Shown: in pieces, positions 28,101 to 43,100 of the stretch | Layout: each line of letters starts with the position of its first letter | How positions within the stretch are numbered: position 1 is the first letter of the stretch | Origin: Phoronis australis | Lineage: Eukaryota > Animalia > Phoronida | Reading direction: 5' to 3' | Assembly (NCBI GenBank): GCA_002633005.1 | Contig: NMRA01000137.1 | Location: forward strand, 62,001 to 126,000 | Length of the DNA: 64,000 nt | The notes under the pieces: model-generated | Told to the model about the DNA's origin: nothing | Databases searched by the model: none | Seen by the model: the letters and a program-made list of their open reading frames with translations, nothing else | Made by a program: the position numbers and the translations under genes

Positions 28101-31100
28101 ACTTGGTTGACAGGGGGGCGAATGCCAAAAATAGATTAGAAAACAGTAAAAATGGCCAATAGATGAAGCAAAATGCGTCAAATCCATCCAAAACAGGAAT
28201 ATCTCATCATTTCTTTAATACAAAAATCTACTTATAAAATTTCATAAATTGAGAACCTAATCTAAAACAGGTGCACTAAATATGAAAGACTATAATCATT
28301 ACAAATTAAATAGAAAACAAGTGACAGTTTAAATTCTATCATCGTGTGACCCTCAAAGAAATGACCTTTCTTAACACAAAAGGTAGCACGATTTCATAGA
28401 AACAGGAAAACAGAGGCAATCGATTCCATCATTAGGCCACCTCTCCATGAGCGGCCTCTTAAACCAATATCACAAAAAGGGTCGCCGCATGAATGCCATC
28501 AACGGGCCCCTCCAAGGGCTGGGCCCCTAATTATATGAGGATCTTTGCTTTCAAAAAATAGCAATTGATGCTGAGTGATAAGTAATTTCGAGAAAAAATG
28601 AAAACAGATAGCGACAGATGACTCCATTATCCCTTGCCAGAGACGAGTCATGGAGAAATAGTTTTGCACTCCCTAAAATTCTCTTCTAAATTTAAAATCC
28701 AGACAATTAATATGATTTGTAAAAGCTGTGCTTCACAAATTTCCTTGACTTTTTTGAAACACATGCGTGAATGATTAAGTGTACGATTTCAGGTGCAGAA
28801 ATGCGTCAGTCCCTAACAACAATGTCATGGCCAGGGCCCTCAAAGGATAAATCAACCACAAATTTCCTCTTGCATTTTATCTCTTCTTCGTGTTTCACTG
28901 TCTTTCTTTTCTTGACAGCCGCAGGCACTATGGGGGTTGCCCTCCCCCCACTTCCTACAGCCATATATAGTTGAAACCGAGCTGAGGAGCTAGAGATCTG
29001 ACTCAAGGATCTAGCAGTGAGCCCCATTAGGACTCATGATCACGAGTAAAGGAAGTGAATGCTTACCCCATTAGGCTACACTGCTTTCTCTACCTACAAA
29101 AGTTGACTTACCTCCAGGTGCGTCAGTGGTGACCTGAATGAACGTTTCGTCCCCACGTCCAACTGAGGTGAAGGCCGCCAGGTAGATGGTGTACTTCTTC
29201 TGGCTCTCCAAGTTCCAAACCTTGGCCTGCGTGGCAGTAGGGTTGTTGATCTGTGGCTGCCTCTGTTGGCGTGTGTCCTGCGTCATCTTGGTCACTACAA
29301 GAGAGGTTGGTCTCCGTGTCACTAATGTATTAACGAGGGCAATTTGTCACGGCAGAAACGTATCCTCAGAAATAAGCAGTAACAAAATCATGTATTTTCT
29401 ACTATTTTGTGAGCAGGCCAAATGGTCAGGCAGAAAGCTCTGCCAAATTTGTGTGAGCACCAACATCTTGTACTCTCTGGACTTTACTTAACCTCAGCAG
29501 TTGAGCTTTGATAAATACCAATCAGGTATTTACAAGCATTAAATTTGTTTTTTAAGTTAGGCTTTTTCAATACATCAAAACTATTTTTTGGGTTATTTTC
29601 CAAGTTACCAATGATCAATTTGAACTAAGTCCTATCCAGAATAGGACATGCTGATCTGGGGCGCACGTCGTTGCTAATTTCTTAAAAAGGTCTGATCTGC
29701 AGCTGGAGTTTGGGTGCTTCAAAACTACAAAATCTACCAAAAGACACCTACAAATATCAGACATACAAGTTTACCTTTTTGGTATTCTATGTCGTAACCT
29801 TTGATGTCTCCATTTGGTTGCGGTGGAGGAGTCCAACCGATTATCACATGGTTTGGTCCAACCTCGATGGTTTTCAGCTCTACAGGTGGCCCGGGAACTA
29901 GAAAACACATGGGTTTGTTATTTTTCAAGATGATCAAACAGGAAATACTTGCCAAACTGAAGCTTTGGCCAATTCACAACTAAGATCTTTTCACACTTTT
30001 GTCTTTCTTTTCCTTGAAATTTCACAAATTATAAAAAAACACTGGTTGCAACCAAAATGCTTAAAGTAATATTGAACATCCGACGTGCTTAATTCTAATC
30101 GTGATCACAAGTTTACCAAAAACATGCTGTTCACAAGACTCAGCTTTTCACCAAATAGCCTCTGACTAAAATGTTGCAGTTTACAAAGCCTTACTTGGAC
30201 GGATTTCACTTTGTTCTAGATGTATTGGGCCTTACCCAGAACGTCCAGCAATATTTAAGCAATGATGATTATATCACTCAAATGCAGGATCATCAAAATG
30301 ATACATAAAGCAAAGCCTTTTTGTGCTACGTCATGTCATTGTGAGAGCACAGAATAAAAAGTGGAAGTGCGAAAGTAGTTGTATTGAATAGGGGTCTGAA
30401 TAGACAGCGTTTCTTTTCAAAACATTTGGCAATTTACAGAATTGGCATGCTCAGATTGTTCACGCAAGGATTTACAGGTATGTAGCACCTTGCATATTTA
30501 GCCAACATATATTCTGAAAGTAGAAACCCTGATAAATGTATTTTTTTGCCTATTACTAAACTAGGTCACAAAACTGTGTCTGTCTAGAAAAAAATATCAA
30601 AAAGAAAGTAACATTGATAGCAAAACAATAGTATCTATAACATGATAAAGATTTAATGAAAATTTTCAAGATGAAATCTCAAAAACACTTTTAGAGCTTC
30701 CTACAGTATCATATGCTTTTTCATGAAAATCTGTTACTGTTTTTCTTGTTGAGGGCCCTCTTGGAAAGCAGTGCTGTCACTGAAGAGGCCACCCTCATTT
30801 TAAATATCACAATAATAAATAAATAAAATCAAAAACACAGTAACTGAAAGTTTCATATGAACCCAATCATCCATTTTGGAGACAGGATGTTGCAAAATTA
30901 AACAAAATTTGGACATTTTCCAAGGGTCCTCCTTAACTTTGAAAATCTAATTAAGACAAACAAGTTCATCAGCATCGTCTCTCTCACCTCCTTGCTTTGT
31001 CATCAGCGTGATGGTGTTACTTGGTTTACCCGCATAGTTCTTATTCATCACCGTGACATAAACTTGAATATTGGTGTAGGATGGTAGATTCACCACCGTG

Positions 31101-34100
31101 TGCTCCTCCGTAACGCCCAATGCTCGTTTCTTGCGGTCGCTTTTGAGAAACCTGGCATAGGCGTCAGTCTCCGTAGACTTGTCACGTTTGTAGATCATTT
31201 GATGTCTCCTGTTTTGGGGCTCACTCTGCTTCCAGAATGTGACCTTTGAGAGAATGAACGCACACGATGTTAGCAAGAGGCATGAAATACTAGTACATGA
31301 AAAATTAACAAACATTTGGATTTCAGCAGTGTACCCATTTTCGACACAATTTTTCACCTGATTTCATACCACGTAAATTTTGCAGACTTCTCGAAAAAGC
31401 TTACATGATGTAATAAAACACATTTTCCTGTTCTTTTGAATAGTGCCCCTAAAAAACCCAAAAAGGGGCTAAAATTTTCCAAGCAAAAAGACAACTCATT
31501 TGGCTCACAAAAGTGTGTATCCATGGAAACCTTCATAACTCAATAGACATCACTTAATTACTCAAGGGTAATAATTTAAAGTAGAAAAATAACCATCATT
31601 TTTAGTAAAATGTAGAAATTATAATTTGCTTTCAAATCTGCCAACTTTTTTCAAATGTAAACTTTGCAATCGTCTGGCTCCTCTACTGCTTCAAATTCTG
31701 CCTCTCACATTCTAATAAGGCAAGATTTTGTGCATGTGCAATTCTGTTAACAAGATGGTACACACATAGTGCAGACTGTTTTGAGTATTAGACGAAATGT
31801 GGCAGTAATTGACTGTTAAATACTCATTTATTCAATAAAATAGCAAGGAGTATTGATGGTGGCTATACTGACGAATCTGGGTACACTTTACGTGTAATGC
31901 TATCATAATACCCCCATGTGGCTCCACCTGTCATTCAACCACATAATATTAACAGCCATTTGAAGCTAACTCGATTTCAGAGCATATAAAACCAGAACCC
32001 AGTCAACCCAAACTAAATTGTCCTGGTCTCAGATAAGCCCAGGGCATCACTCATATTGACCTATCGAAGCTCCGCCCCCTTGTGAAATGTCAACAAACAA
32101 ACAAACAATATGTTTTACCCGGCAACGTGTTGTTAATCGGGTAAAATGGTGGCTTGGAAACGGAAATGTGTCAAGAATGCTATGTTCTGATTGGTCAGAT
32201 CAGCCATCACTCAAAATCCTGGCAATAGGTCAATTGACAAGGTGCTTGCAAGGCGTATACCAAAAACTGCTTAGCCCTATTTTGGGTGCCAGGTCTGCTA
32301 ATGCCCACCCCTTTTTCCGGGGTAAGATTTCTCTGTAAGAAGACAGCCCGTGTGCCTCTTGTGGGGCTGAGGCCAATGCAGTAAGCCTTTCACAGGGACG
32401 AAATGAAAATTTAGGTACCTACTGAATCCCATGCGGGTCTTGCAAAACTTGCTGAGAAATTGCCGTCTACTCCCAATTTTCGGAACATGCCTGCAGACAC
32501 CTTGTCAACAAGAATGACCCCCCTGCCAGACAAGCCATAACAAACTGTCTGTAATCATTCCCCAGCCCAGAAATTTGTGACAGTAATTAAGAAGCCAAAT
32601 GCAAAAATTAGCTTGCTGACATAAGGCAAACCCCTGCAATGAACTTGAGCATAAATAGAAAGATAGCAAAATTAGACAAAACCCACCCAAGAGTTACAAC
32701 TATAGGCATAAGCTGCATGGGTCTGTTTTATAAGCTGCTTGTTAACCGAGATAATTTGTATAAATTATTTCTAGGCTGTGATGTGCTACTATAATTCCAT
32801 GGCTACAACTGCATTCAGAAATTGTGACCAGGGAGCGCAAGACTAAATTTCTGACTTAAATCTTTAGTCACTTTTCACAAAGTGCACCTCAGGACCAAAG
32901 AGCAATCCAGTATACAAACCCTGTATCCCATGAAGAAACCATTGGTAGCATTATCAGACTCATCCACTCCACTCCACATAAATGTGGCCTCAGAGCCTTT
33001 GATGGTTTCAGAGTCAACTCGGAAGTCGGAGATCACTTGAATTGGGTCTGTCAAGAGAGAAAAATATTTACTGAAAAGAGCTTGCTCATGGTGACCAGGG
33101 ATTCATTTTTATGAATACTCCATTTTGGTAAAACCTAGGTGAAGTGATTTCAACTCATACCAGCTTAGTAAAATAAATTAATGTATTCTCGTGGCATCTT
33201 TTCAAATTGGACACAATTAAATTCAGTCAACGTTTAAGGTCAACTTTTTATTTCTGGTATTAGCTGAAACAATTTTACAGCAAAAATGTCACTAATTCAT
33301 ACAGGGCAGTAATTCATGAAACATTCCCCTTACAGTGACACATTTACTGGCACTGTACTGTACTGGCGAACATAAACCAGAGCAAAGAGCAGCTAGCAAG
33401 CAGCACAGTTCTCAGACAAATTACCAGTTGTGAAGTGTGACTTGGTTAAGAGGAAGAGACACTAGAGACTAGAACACTAGGCACTCGCAGCTCATGTCAC
33501 CAAGAATGAGATACTATTGCCTTCTGTCACAATAAACTTTATCCATTGCTTCCAATTAAGTTCTACTACGTTGTACGTTCTATGGGATAGACTTCTTGAA
33601 GTTTTGACCAGAACTATAAAACGACAAAATCCGTCGTATTTTGTAACCTTACTAGAAGTCAGCAACTATGGTCATTGGCTGCCAGTCATTTGTTGAAATT
33701 GAGGCAGATATTCCAAGAGTTTTAACTAATGAAGTCACCAAAATACATTTAGAATACTATGAGTCATGTATTGTTCTGCTCCGCCAATTAACAAAGAAGT
33801 GGACTACCACCACTGAGGCTGCCAGTTCATATTCCGTCTTGGGGCTAAAATAAAAAAAAATACAATTTTCTTGCCAATTTTGAAATATGTGCTAAAAATT
33901 AAGATGAAATATGGCGTTCATGATACTCGTCAGCACCATAAGTGCAACATGTGTGAAAAAACTTACATCCTTCGCCAGAAAATCCGATAATTGGTTGAGC
34001 AGTTTCTGTGGCTGAACCCTGTCCATTGATTGCCTTGACAGTTATCTTGTATGGTACATAGGTCGAAACATCTTTCGTATGTACCAGCCTGTCAACCCTA

Positions 34101-37100
34101 GGATCCTCGATACGTGTGGTATTTGGTTGGGCATTCGGGATGTCAAGACGTTGGAACTCGACTGAGTAGTACATGTTCGGACCGTTCTGCTCAATAGGAG
34201 GCATTGGCTGAAACGGAAACAATGTACAGTGGGGTGACTTTCGTTCTTGTGAAGTGAAAATTTCAGTCGTTCAAGTACAGCAGTTTTCAAAATAAAATAA
34301 GACAGACTTTGACAGAATTCTACCATTCTCTGCCATAACTGAATGAGCTTTTTGTGAGAAATATTTGTCAGTTAGCAATAAAATATAGCAGTGTGGGTGA
34401 TAAAATAGCACTTTTGTGGAATATTAAAGGAGAATGCCACCCGATTTAATTAGTCTTATTTACCATCTTAATCGGCCACATCGCCTCTTATGCAGTCGAC
34501 CTCACTTGGCCGAGAGGTGTCGTGTTAGCCTATGAGGAAGTTGAGAAACGACGCAGCGACGTCAGTGGTTCGTCTGCAGAGTGAATGCCGCTATATTGGG
34601 GTGCAATATCGTTCCCGCTTGTCCAATTATCGTTTTTCGACTTCCTCGAGAGCCCGAAATGCTTAGGAAGAGGCTCGCGTTAGTGAAGAATCAAAGGTAC
34701 GCTGTTAATAGCAAGTATGAGGCCGTGAAACATCTCCGTGTCTGTGACGAATTCCAGCTTACAAAAGAATTATCCATTCGTTCCGTTGCCTGTTTAATGT
34801 TCACGGTGCCTCTTTATAATATTTCTTGATCAGTGTATTCCGGTTCGAACTGATATCCTGTGAAACCTAAAGAGCCGACCCGTGAAGTCTTCGTCAGATG
34901 AGCTCTTGACAAAAGCGGGATTGGCGCCGGGCGAGTTGCCATGTAGACGTTTATTGTTCTGCATTCTGTTTCAAAATGAATTATTCTCATCCTAACCATG
35001 CAATTCTTATATGAAACTGCAACAAAGTCTGTGTCTCATTAGATACAATTTGTAATGCCTTGGAGTGCTCGTGAGTGCAAATGTTTTGAGAAGCCAGCAA
35101 TGAATAAACCACTGCGTTACGGGCATCAAAAGCATGCTAATTCAGTGTTGGCTGACAGAAAGCTGTTGAGAAACAATTACTCGGTTTTATATGCTATGGT
35201 TACATGTGAGGGGAATCTTTATTTAGAAATACAAATACATTTTTCCAATTTATTGTTACTGTACAACCTTTGCCCTGACGATCTGTGGAAAATTCGAGGC
35301 CCCCGACAAGTGAGTAGATTTTCAGTTTCGTGGCTAATTCACATAAATAATTACGTGCACATTATTTCTTTGGCTCACTATTATAGTCTTTTCGTGACTG
35401 GAGGTTTAGTTTCCAACTCAAGCTGGTTTATGTTTGTGTCAGTCCCGGCGGCCGCGACGGGCCTGATCGGGTTCCGAGCCACTGACCGGGATAACAAGTC
35501 AGTCCGGCCGCAATGCCGGGCCTAGTGATTCGGTTCCAAGCCACTGGCCGTGATAACAAGCGTTTTGTGTGCATTTTAGAACTCAAAAAATCACAAGTAT
35601 AAACAACACAGATCTAGGTTCTGTCTGTATTTCACGGAAGAATACTTCGAATTTATCTCTGAAGAGACCCCAAACTCCTGCTACAGACCTTGGTAAATTG
35701 GCCTGCCAAACTTTTTAGGCTACGGTATGTCCAAATACCATTAAATCCGTAACAGCGAAATAAAAGAACACGTTTTTATAAGAACTCGGTGTATTTTTAA
35801 GAGGTTTACATCGAAGTTTGATGATTTATTGGTGTTAAACGATGAATTCAAGCCATATGCCGACACCAGTAACCCCTATTGTGAACTGCTTAACAGACTG
35901 CATGGGAAACCAATGACGACATTGGATAATTTTAACACCTCCGTCTGCCGTCAGGTGTCAGGTAACGCTACCGAAAAAGCCGTTATCGAGTAGAACTACT
36001 CGATCTAAATTGATACAAAATAGGTTGTTTTTTGGGTGGCATTCTCCTTTAAGAAGAGTTTAAGGGGAACGTACTGCTCCTATATACTAATTGTATATGG
36101 GATTTGTAGAGAAACTTATTGGAATTTTTACAAAATACAAGGAGCAAGAACTGTCGAGATTTTGTTGAAAATTAGCCAGAAATGAAATAGGTTCTTGTAA
36201 CAAAGAAATGAATATCTAGCAGCAATTTCATGCATCGAAACTCATCAAATTTTTACAACGTCCAGTTTAACATAAAAAGTACACTAGCAACAGTTAGTGC
36301 TTAAGGTGTACTCAGTGTCTTCATCAGAAACCAATTGACACAAAGTAATTCAGACAAAGTACAGACACTGTGATGGCTTGTTAAGGTAATGGATTTTTTC
36401 TCTTGTCAGGATGATTGAAACTGAGCTGACAAAATAGTCCAAAGTTTAATAAACTTAAATGGTTGCCATAGCAACAAAATTTCAGACATGACATTAGTTT
36501 TGTTTTTTCAGGTTTATCTTCTTCATTTTATACATTAACTTGCCAGCAATGCTCAGAAAAATTTTGAACTTCTGATACATATCAAAGCAATTCATCTTTA
36601 CTATGAAAATCCCGAGCACAAACAATTAGTGAGATGTCTATACTCACACTCCAGGCAATGACCAGTGCATCACTCCTCTCGTCCAGTGTTCGAACATTCG
36701 AAGGATTCTTATCAGGTTTAGCAGAATCAGTCTCGCATATACCTGGTGATGGTTCACTCTCCAGGCTCAAGCCAATGGCATTACGAGCACGCACTCGGAA
36801 CTTGTATTTACCCCATGGCGACAAGGGTACCTCGTCCTCGGTGAGGGCACTAGACACATTGTCCTTGGCAACTTGCCAAGGGGAGAATGTTGTGTTGAAC
36901 TCGATGATGAAGTTGAAAATCGGTGCATTGTTGAATGCACCAGCCTTCCATCTGATTATGGCACTGCGTGAGTTACACTCATGCACCGCGACATCAGTGG
37001 GAGGGCTAGGCTCAGCTGGAAATGGCAACAAAGGAGCAATTAGACTGAGTGTATTCATTTATCACAGCTAAAAAGAGTTCGCTTTACCAGCTCCAGTGTT

Positions 37101-40100
37101 CACCCTAACATGTCCAAAAACTGAGGTCCAATATTTTTGAGGTCCATTTCAGTTTCTTGGGGTTTGTGAAAACAGTCTAGAAAACATTTAAATTACCAGA
37201 AACGAAAAGGAAGCGAATCTTGCAGTACTTTTATCAATGGAAAATAAGGCAAAAAATCAAGAAATGAAATGGATGGTTTACAATTCTGTAATTTGATTTC
37301 CTACAACTGATCAAAATTGCATCTAAGGTGATGAACCAATACACTCAATGTGTGCCTTCTTCTGCCTTAAGACTGCAGCTGTGACCACCATTTTCTTAAA
37401 GCAGCTGAATCCTTGTTTTTTCGTGTTGTTTTTGGTTGAAATTGAATTGTTTTGAATTAAAACCTAGAAAGTTAGAAAAAGCACGAACATGCGTCTTCGG
37501 GGTTTTTGTACCTNAACTTGCCAAGGGGAGAATGTTGTGTTGAACTCGATGATGAAGTTGAAAATCGGTGCATTGTTGAATGCACCAGCCTTCCATCTGA
37601 TTATGGCACTGCGTGAGTTACACTCATGCACCGCGACATCAGTGGGAGGGCTAGGCTCAGCTGGAAATGGCAACAAAGGAGCAATTAGACAGAGTGCATT
37701 CATTTATCACAGGAGGTCGCTTTACCAGCTCCAGTGTTCACCCTAACATGTCCAAAAACTGAGGTCCAATATTTTTGAGGTCCATTTCAGTTTCTTGGGG
37801 TTTGTGAAAACAGTCTAGAAAACATTTAAATTACCAGAAAGGAAAAGGAAGAGAATCTTGCAGTACTTTTATCAATGGAAAATAAGGCAAAAAATCAAGA
37901 AATGAAATGGATGGTTTACAATTCTATAATTTGATTTCCTACAACTGATCAAAATTGCATCTAAGGTGATGAACCAATACACTCAATGTGTGCCTTCTTC
38001 TGCCTTAAGACTGCAGCTGTGACCACCATTTTCTTAAAGCAGCTGAATCCTTGTTTTTTCGTGTTGTTTTTGGTTGAAATTGAATTGTTTTGAATTAAAA
38101 CCTAGAAAGTTAGAAAATGCACGAACATGCGTCTTCGGGGTTTTTGTACCTGCTGTAAAGATAATGACTTGTTTCCAAGTAAAACATACATCTTAGTCTA
38201 AAAAGGTGACTTGTTCTTCAATTCAGATGTCTTGTTCTTATTTTCGACAGATGAAAACTATGCATCGTTTCTACACAACTTACCACCAAGTTTGTCTGGA
38301 CTAATACCACTAAATTAAGAGTTACTATGGTTTGTTCACTCAATTAAGAGTGATGTCAGTGCCTCCCAATTGGAGTGACAAAAGTATCTGTACTACGGTT
38401 GTCAGCAACTATTTTCTTGAAATATTTCCAGCATTCCGAAGTACATGGTAACTCAGCTACTGAATCAGCCACAAGAGTGACAGTTGCTGACAAAGACTCA
38501 GTTAGCCCTCCAGTAAGCGACAGCTAACCCATTATAACCATCAACGATCACACTCGTTTTCTTTCATAAACCTCATTCGACCAGATGAACACATATGTGC
38601 ATACCTCGCACAGTAAGCTCGGCTGACGCTGTGTCTGTGTCAAGCCCATTGGTGGCCACACACGTGTATACGCCGGTGTCCAGTGCATCCGTGCCAGAGA
38701 TCAAAATAGAATTATCCCATGTGTTGCGTGAGATCCTCTGTGTGGAGCCATAGTTGATGTCCTACAAGAGAGGATTAACTGGGATAAACAAAAGGAGCAA
38801 TGCTCAGATAATTATTAAATACTAAGTAATTAAACGTCTGATTGTCTTATGATGTTTCAGCATGAGTTTTATGAAGTTAGATGACTTTCGAGATTTCATC
38901 CACTTAAATTAATAACTTCTGTTTAAAACCTTTTTCAAAAAGAAGTCAGTGTTGATAACCACAATACAAAGTTAGCCTTGAGTTAATTCTCAGTTTCATA
39001 CTTTACTCACACAACTAAAACGTACACAACAAATTAGTTCAAGATAAACTTTCAACAGTTTTTGTCATGATGCCCTGAAAATGGTGAAGCTCGATCAAAA
39101 AAGTCATCTTTTTTTCAGAGCAAACATGGAAGCAATTGCAATTTCCTTCTTAATAGACGAGGAGTGACACTTTAATATAACTAATTAAGTGTAGCAGATC
39201 CACCTACGTATCACACACAAGATGGCGCCACTTACTTGACCATCTTTTCTCCACGAGATGACCACCGTCTCTAATGGGTCAGTTTCTGCTTCGCATGTGA
39301 ACTTCGCCTCGCTCCCTCGTATCACGGTGGTGGCTGCAGGAGGTACCTTGATACGAGTGGGACCTGGAAAAAATAAAAACTCAATTTCCACAATATGGAC
39401 TGGATGACACAGGAGTTTATGATGATGGCAAAGTTTCAAGTAAATATTCCTTAGGGCTCAGACTAGCAGGGATAATTTCATTGAAGCACAAACAATTCCA
39501 TTGACGCACAGTGATTTTCACGCTCATTCCATATAATAGTCATAATTTTCCGTATGACATTAAAATGTATATAGAACACTTTTGCTGCCAAATTGGACCC
39601 GACATCTTTTAATGGAATTTCAAGGAACTGAAAATGTTATTCAATAGCCTAGCTAAAACCAAACAGGCATATGCATTGAAGGCTAAATTTCTTTCCTCCG
39701 CTGTGACTGCACACCGTATTCAAACAATCGGTGAATTTTAAAAACTTTTATACATACTTAAGTTCCCCCACACTTTATAAACTTGAAGGAAACCCGTTTC
39801 CAGGCAACACACTTTTTTACCAATCACGTCAAACTTACCTGGAAAGCCAGAATGATAAAATATTTTCACGGCATCCTCCTTTCACTGCACTGGTTAAAAC
39901 TCTGGCTAAAGTTTGGCCTAGTCACCAAGGCGAAATGCTGCGCACACGCGCTATGAAACTTTTGTGATATGTGAGCTCTGTTTATTGTAAATAGAGATCA
40001 TGTACCGAGAGACTCAATGTCAATACTCAACGAGTGACCAAGAGAACTAGTTCTTAGTTTGAAGCATGCAAACTTGATGATTTATTTTGAGTACAGTGAA

Positions 40101-43100
40101 TGAGAAATATGATGGAGACAATTGTCAAGATATCTGAGTGCCTATCCACATAGTCTCGGAGTTTGACAGGATTGCCTAAAGTATTTCAATTTATCCAAAA
40201 CTTGGTTAACCTGCCAAATACATTGCAAAAGCTGCTATTACTATATGTAGTAATGTGCATGATAACATCACACTGAAATGGACGAACTTCATATCGAACG
40301 AGCATAGTGATGGCCAACTTCACAAATGAGCGCATTAAGATTTTGTTGCAATCACACCTTATATTCAATTCAAATATGCATTGCATTCAGATTCTATAAC
40401 CCAGCCACCACAGAAGCAGGTCAAAACCACAATATTAGAGACATGGGTTAGGTATAGCATATTGTTTAAATACAGATTCCAACCGTAATTTTACGCGTTA
40501 AGTATAATTGCAGTCAGCCGAGTAGACCAATCGCTTTGATAGTTGGCCCATAATGTATTGATGTAGCAGTAATCATGTTGTCCTCTCCCCTTCAAAATTG
40601 ATACAGAAAATACTAATGTTACCCATAGGTTCTCCTAATTGCCCCACAGCCACATTTTTCTAAAAAGATTCTTGTGATTTAGGATCGTTGCACGTATCAA
40701 AGAGGGCCATTCTGGTGTTGTGGCGGGATGCTAGACACTAAGCTTCACAAAGTGGGAGGGNCCCGCCATAAATGGGATATTCACCAACTATTCAAACTAG
40801 CTATATCAACTTACGTCTCACAAAGACTGTCACCCTGTCGCGGGCTTCACCAAACTTGTTCGTTGCTAAACACTCGTACTTCCCTGCATCTGTGGCCTGG
40901 ATTTTCTGAAAGAGTTCGGAAAGACTCCACATGAATGAAAATAAAACATTCGTCATCTACATTAAGTACTAAATAGCAGCTGAACAAATGGTGAATGACA
41001 GTAGTTCCGATCTTGGGAGACCTAAAAACGGTGTTTACCTGCATGTTATGTTGCTATGGTCGGAGAGGAATTGGTTCACGTAAACCTAAATCCATCTATT
41101 TGAAACTATTCAACGATTATGGAAAGCACTGTATATAGTTCTTTGGCAATAACATAAACTTTATTAGCCATTTAGAGAAAACTAGTCTGCCCCTACTTAG
41201 GAATCGAATTCAGAATCTCCTGAATATCAGTCGGACTTTGACTATCGAGACCACCCCGGGAACAGATGATACATTTGCATGGTGAACAAATTACAGGTGA
41301 TGTTGACCATATGCTAAACAATACCGTTGAAAGTTCCGATTATGTCCATTTTCTTTCAACCTGGCAGAAATAAATATCAATTGAATTGTACACACATAAC
41401 CATAATCTTGGTTCAGTCCTTACTTGGATTTCCAAGGAGCCGTCTTCCTGAGGCACAAAGCGTCCCCCCGTCAGTTCACGACCATCTTTACTCCAGCTAA
41501 TGATGGGTTTAGGTGCACCGAACACATTACATGGAATCTTCACGGTTTTGCCATCTGGGAATTTCATTTCCTCCGGCAATTTCTTGGTAATAGAGGGCGG
41601 ATCAGCTGAAACATAGATGTGATCTTTGGTTATTGAAAATTTTAAGCAGTACCACATGTCGAGACAAGAAAGAACAGCAAATGATTTGTTTTGGGCCTTG
41701 ATGCCTCTATGAGGACACAGAACTACAGCAGACTTTCACTAATTTAGGACTTTAGTACACAAAAAGGTGGACAAGTCAAATTTTATTTTTTTCACTTTCC
41801 ACCATGAAAGATATGTAGCAATAAAGTAATGTAAGGTTTGTATCACAGCTGCAACCAGACAATGTTTTGAAAAATTGCAGTCATTCACAGCAATGTTGGC
41901 AGCCTTTGAAAAATGAATAAATGGCTACCTTCATTGGTAATTATTTTTGTCCAAAATTGGCGAGATTTTACTGTAACAAAGACAGGCTGAAAGTAGTTGA
42001 CTGTATTGAACAGGAGTCTGAAGAGAACACCATACAAGGATACTCACGGTAATGTCTACGATAGTAATCAAATAAGACCTACTGTTCGATACATTTGGCA
42101 ATTAATGGCACAGGTGTTCTCAGAGTTCTGATCTAAACAAATTGTAGGAACCAAATTTACATGAGCTACTATTCCAGGTACATAGGGTTTAAAGGTCCAA
42201 GCAGAACTAATTAACAATGTCATGAGCTGAAATTACAAACTTCAAACTGGAATGAATCAATCTTAATGGAGGTTAATGTTACCATTAAGGCAATCACTTT
42301 GTGGGCGTGGCATCATCCAAATATATTCAAATTTAAGAAACTAACCAATAATGACGTTTATAGAAGTTTAATCAAGCTGGTTAAGTTTGTGTATCAGGCT
42401 ATGTACACAATAATGACATTTATAGAAGTTTAATCAAGCTGGTTAAGTTTGTGTATCAGCCTATGTCCACAATGACATTTATAGAAGTTTAATCAAGCTC
42501 GTTAAGTTTGTGTATCAGACTATGTCCACAATAATGACGTTTATAGAAGTTTAATCAAGCTGCTTAAGTTTGTGTATCAGGCTATGTCCACAATAATGAC
42601 ATTTATAGAAGTTTAATCAAGCTGGTTAAGTTTGTGTATCAGACTATGTCCACAATAATGATGTTTATAGAAGTTTAATCAAGCTGGTTAAGTTTGTGTA
42701 TCAGGCTATGTCCACAATAATGACGTTTATAGAAGTTTAATAATGTCCACAATAATGACGTTTATAGAAGTTTAATCAAGCTGGTTAAGTCTGTGTATCA
42801 GGCTATGTCCACAAGCGCAAAGCTCTTACAAGAACGTCCATAATTAATTTTTGCTGTATATTCAATTTCTATATTGTGTACTTCGCATATGTAAACATGT
42901 ATGCTCAACTGTGCTGTTGGCCAAGAGCTTTGTGCACTTCAATAAAGTTATTGCATTAAGGCACTCAATAAAATCACAGCGGTGTACGGTTTTATCAAGA
43001 GAAGTTAGGAAAACTTTAAATTTGCCACATTAAAACAAAGGGTCCCACTCCAAACATGAACCAAAACCATGGTTTTCAAAGATGGCACTGCCTGGGGCTT

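Noticed and set aside
30761-30830. GAGGG...CCCTC hairpin followed by an (AAAT)n tail
   Set aside because: Resembles a LINE/SINE 3' end but is too short to classify.
36634-37071. 145-aa plus-strand ORF (and similar ones at 41424, 29801, 29186)
   Set aside because: Antisense shadows of real minus-strand exons.
37515-37660. Extra partial FN3 exon or pseudo-exon
   Set aside because: Truncated exactly at the N at 37514; assembly overlap.
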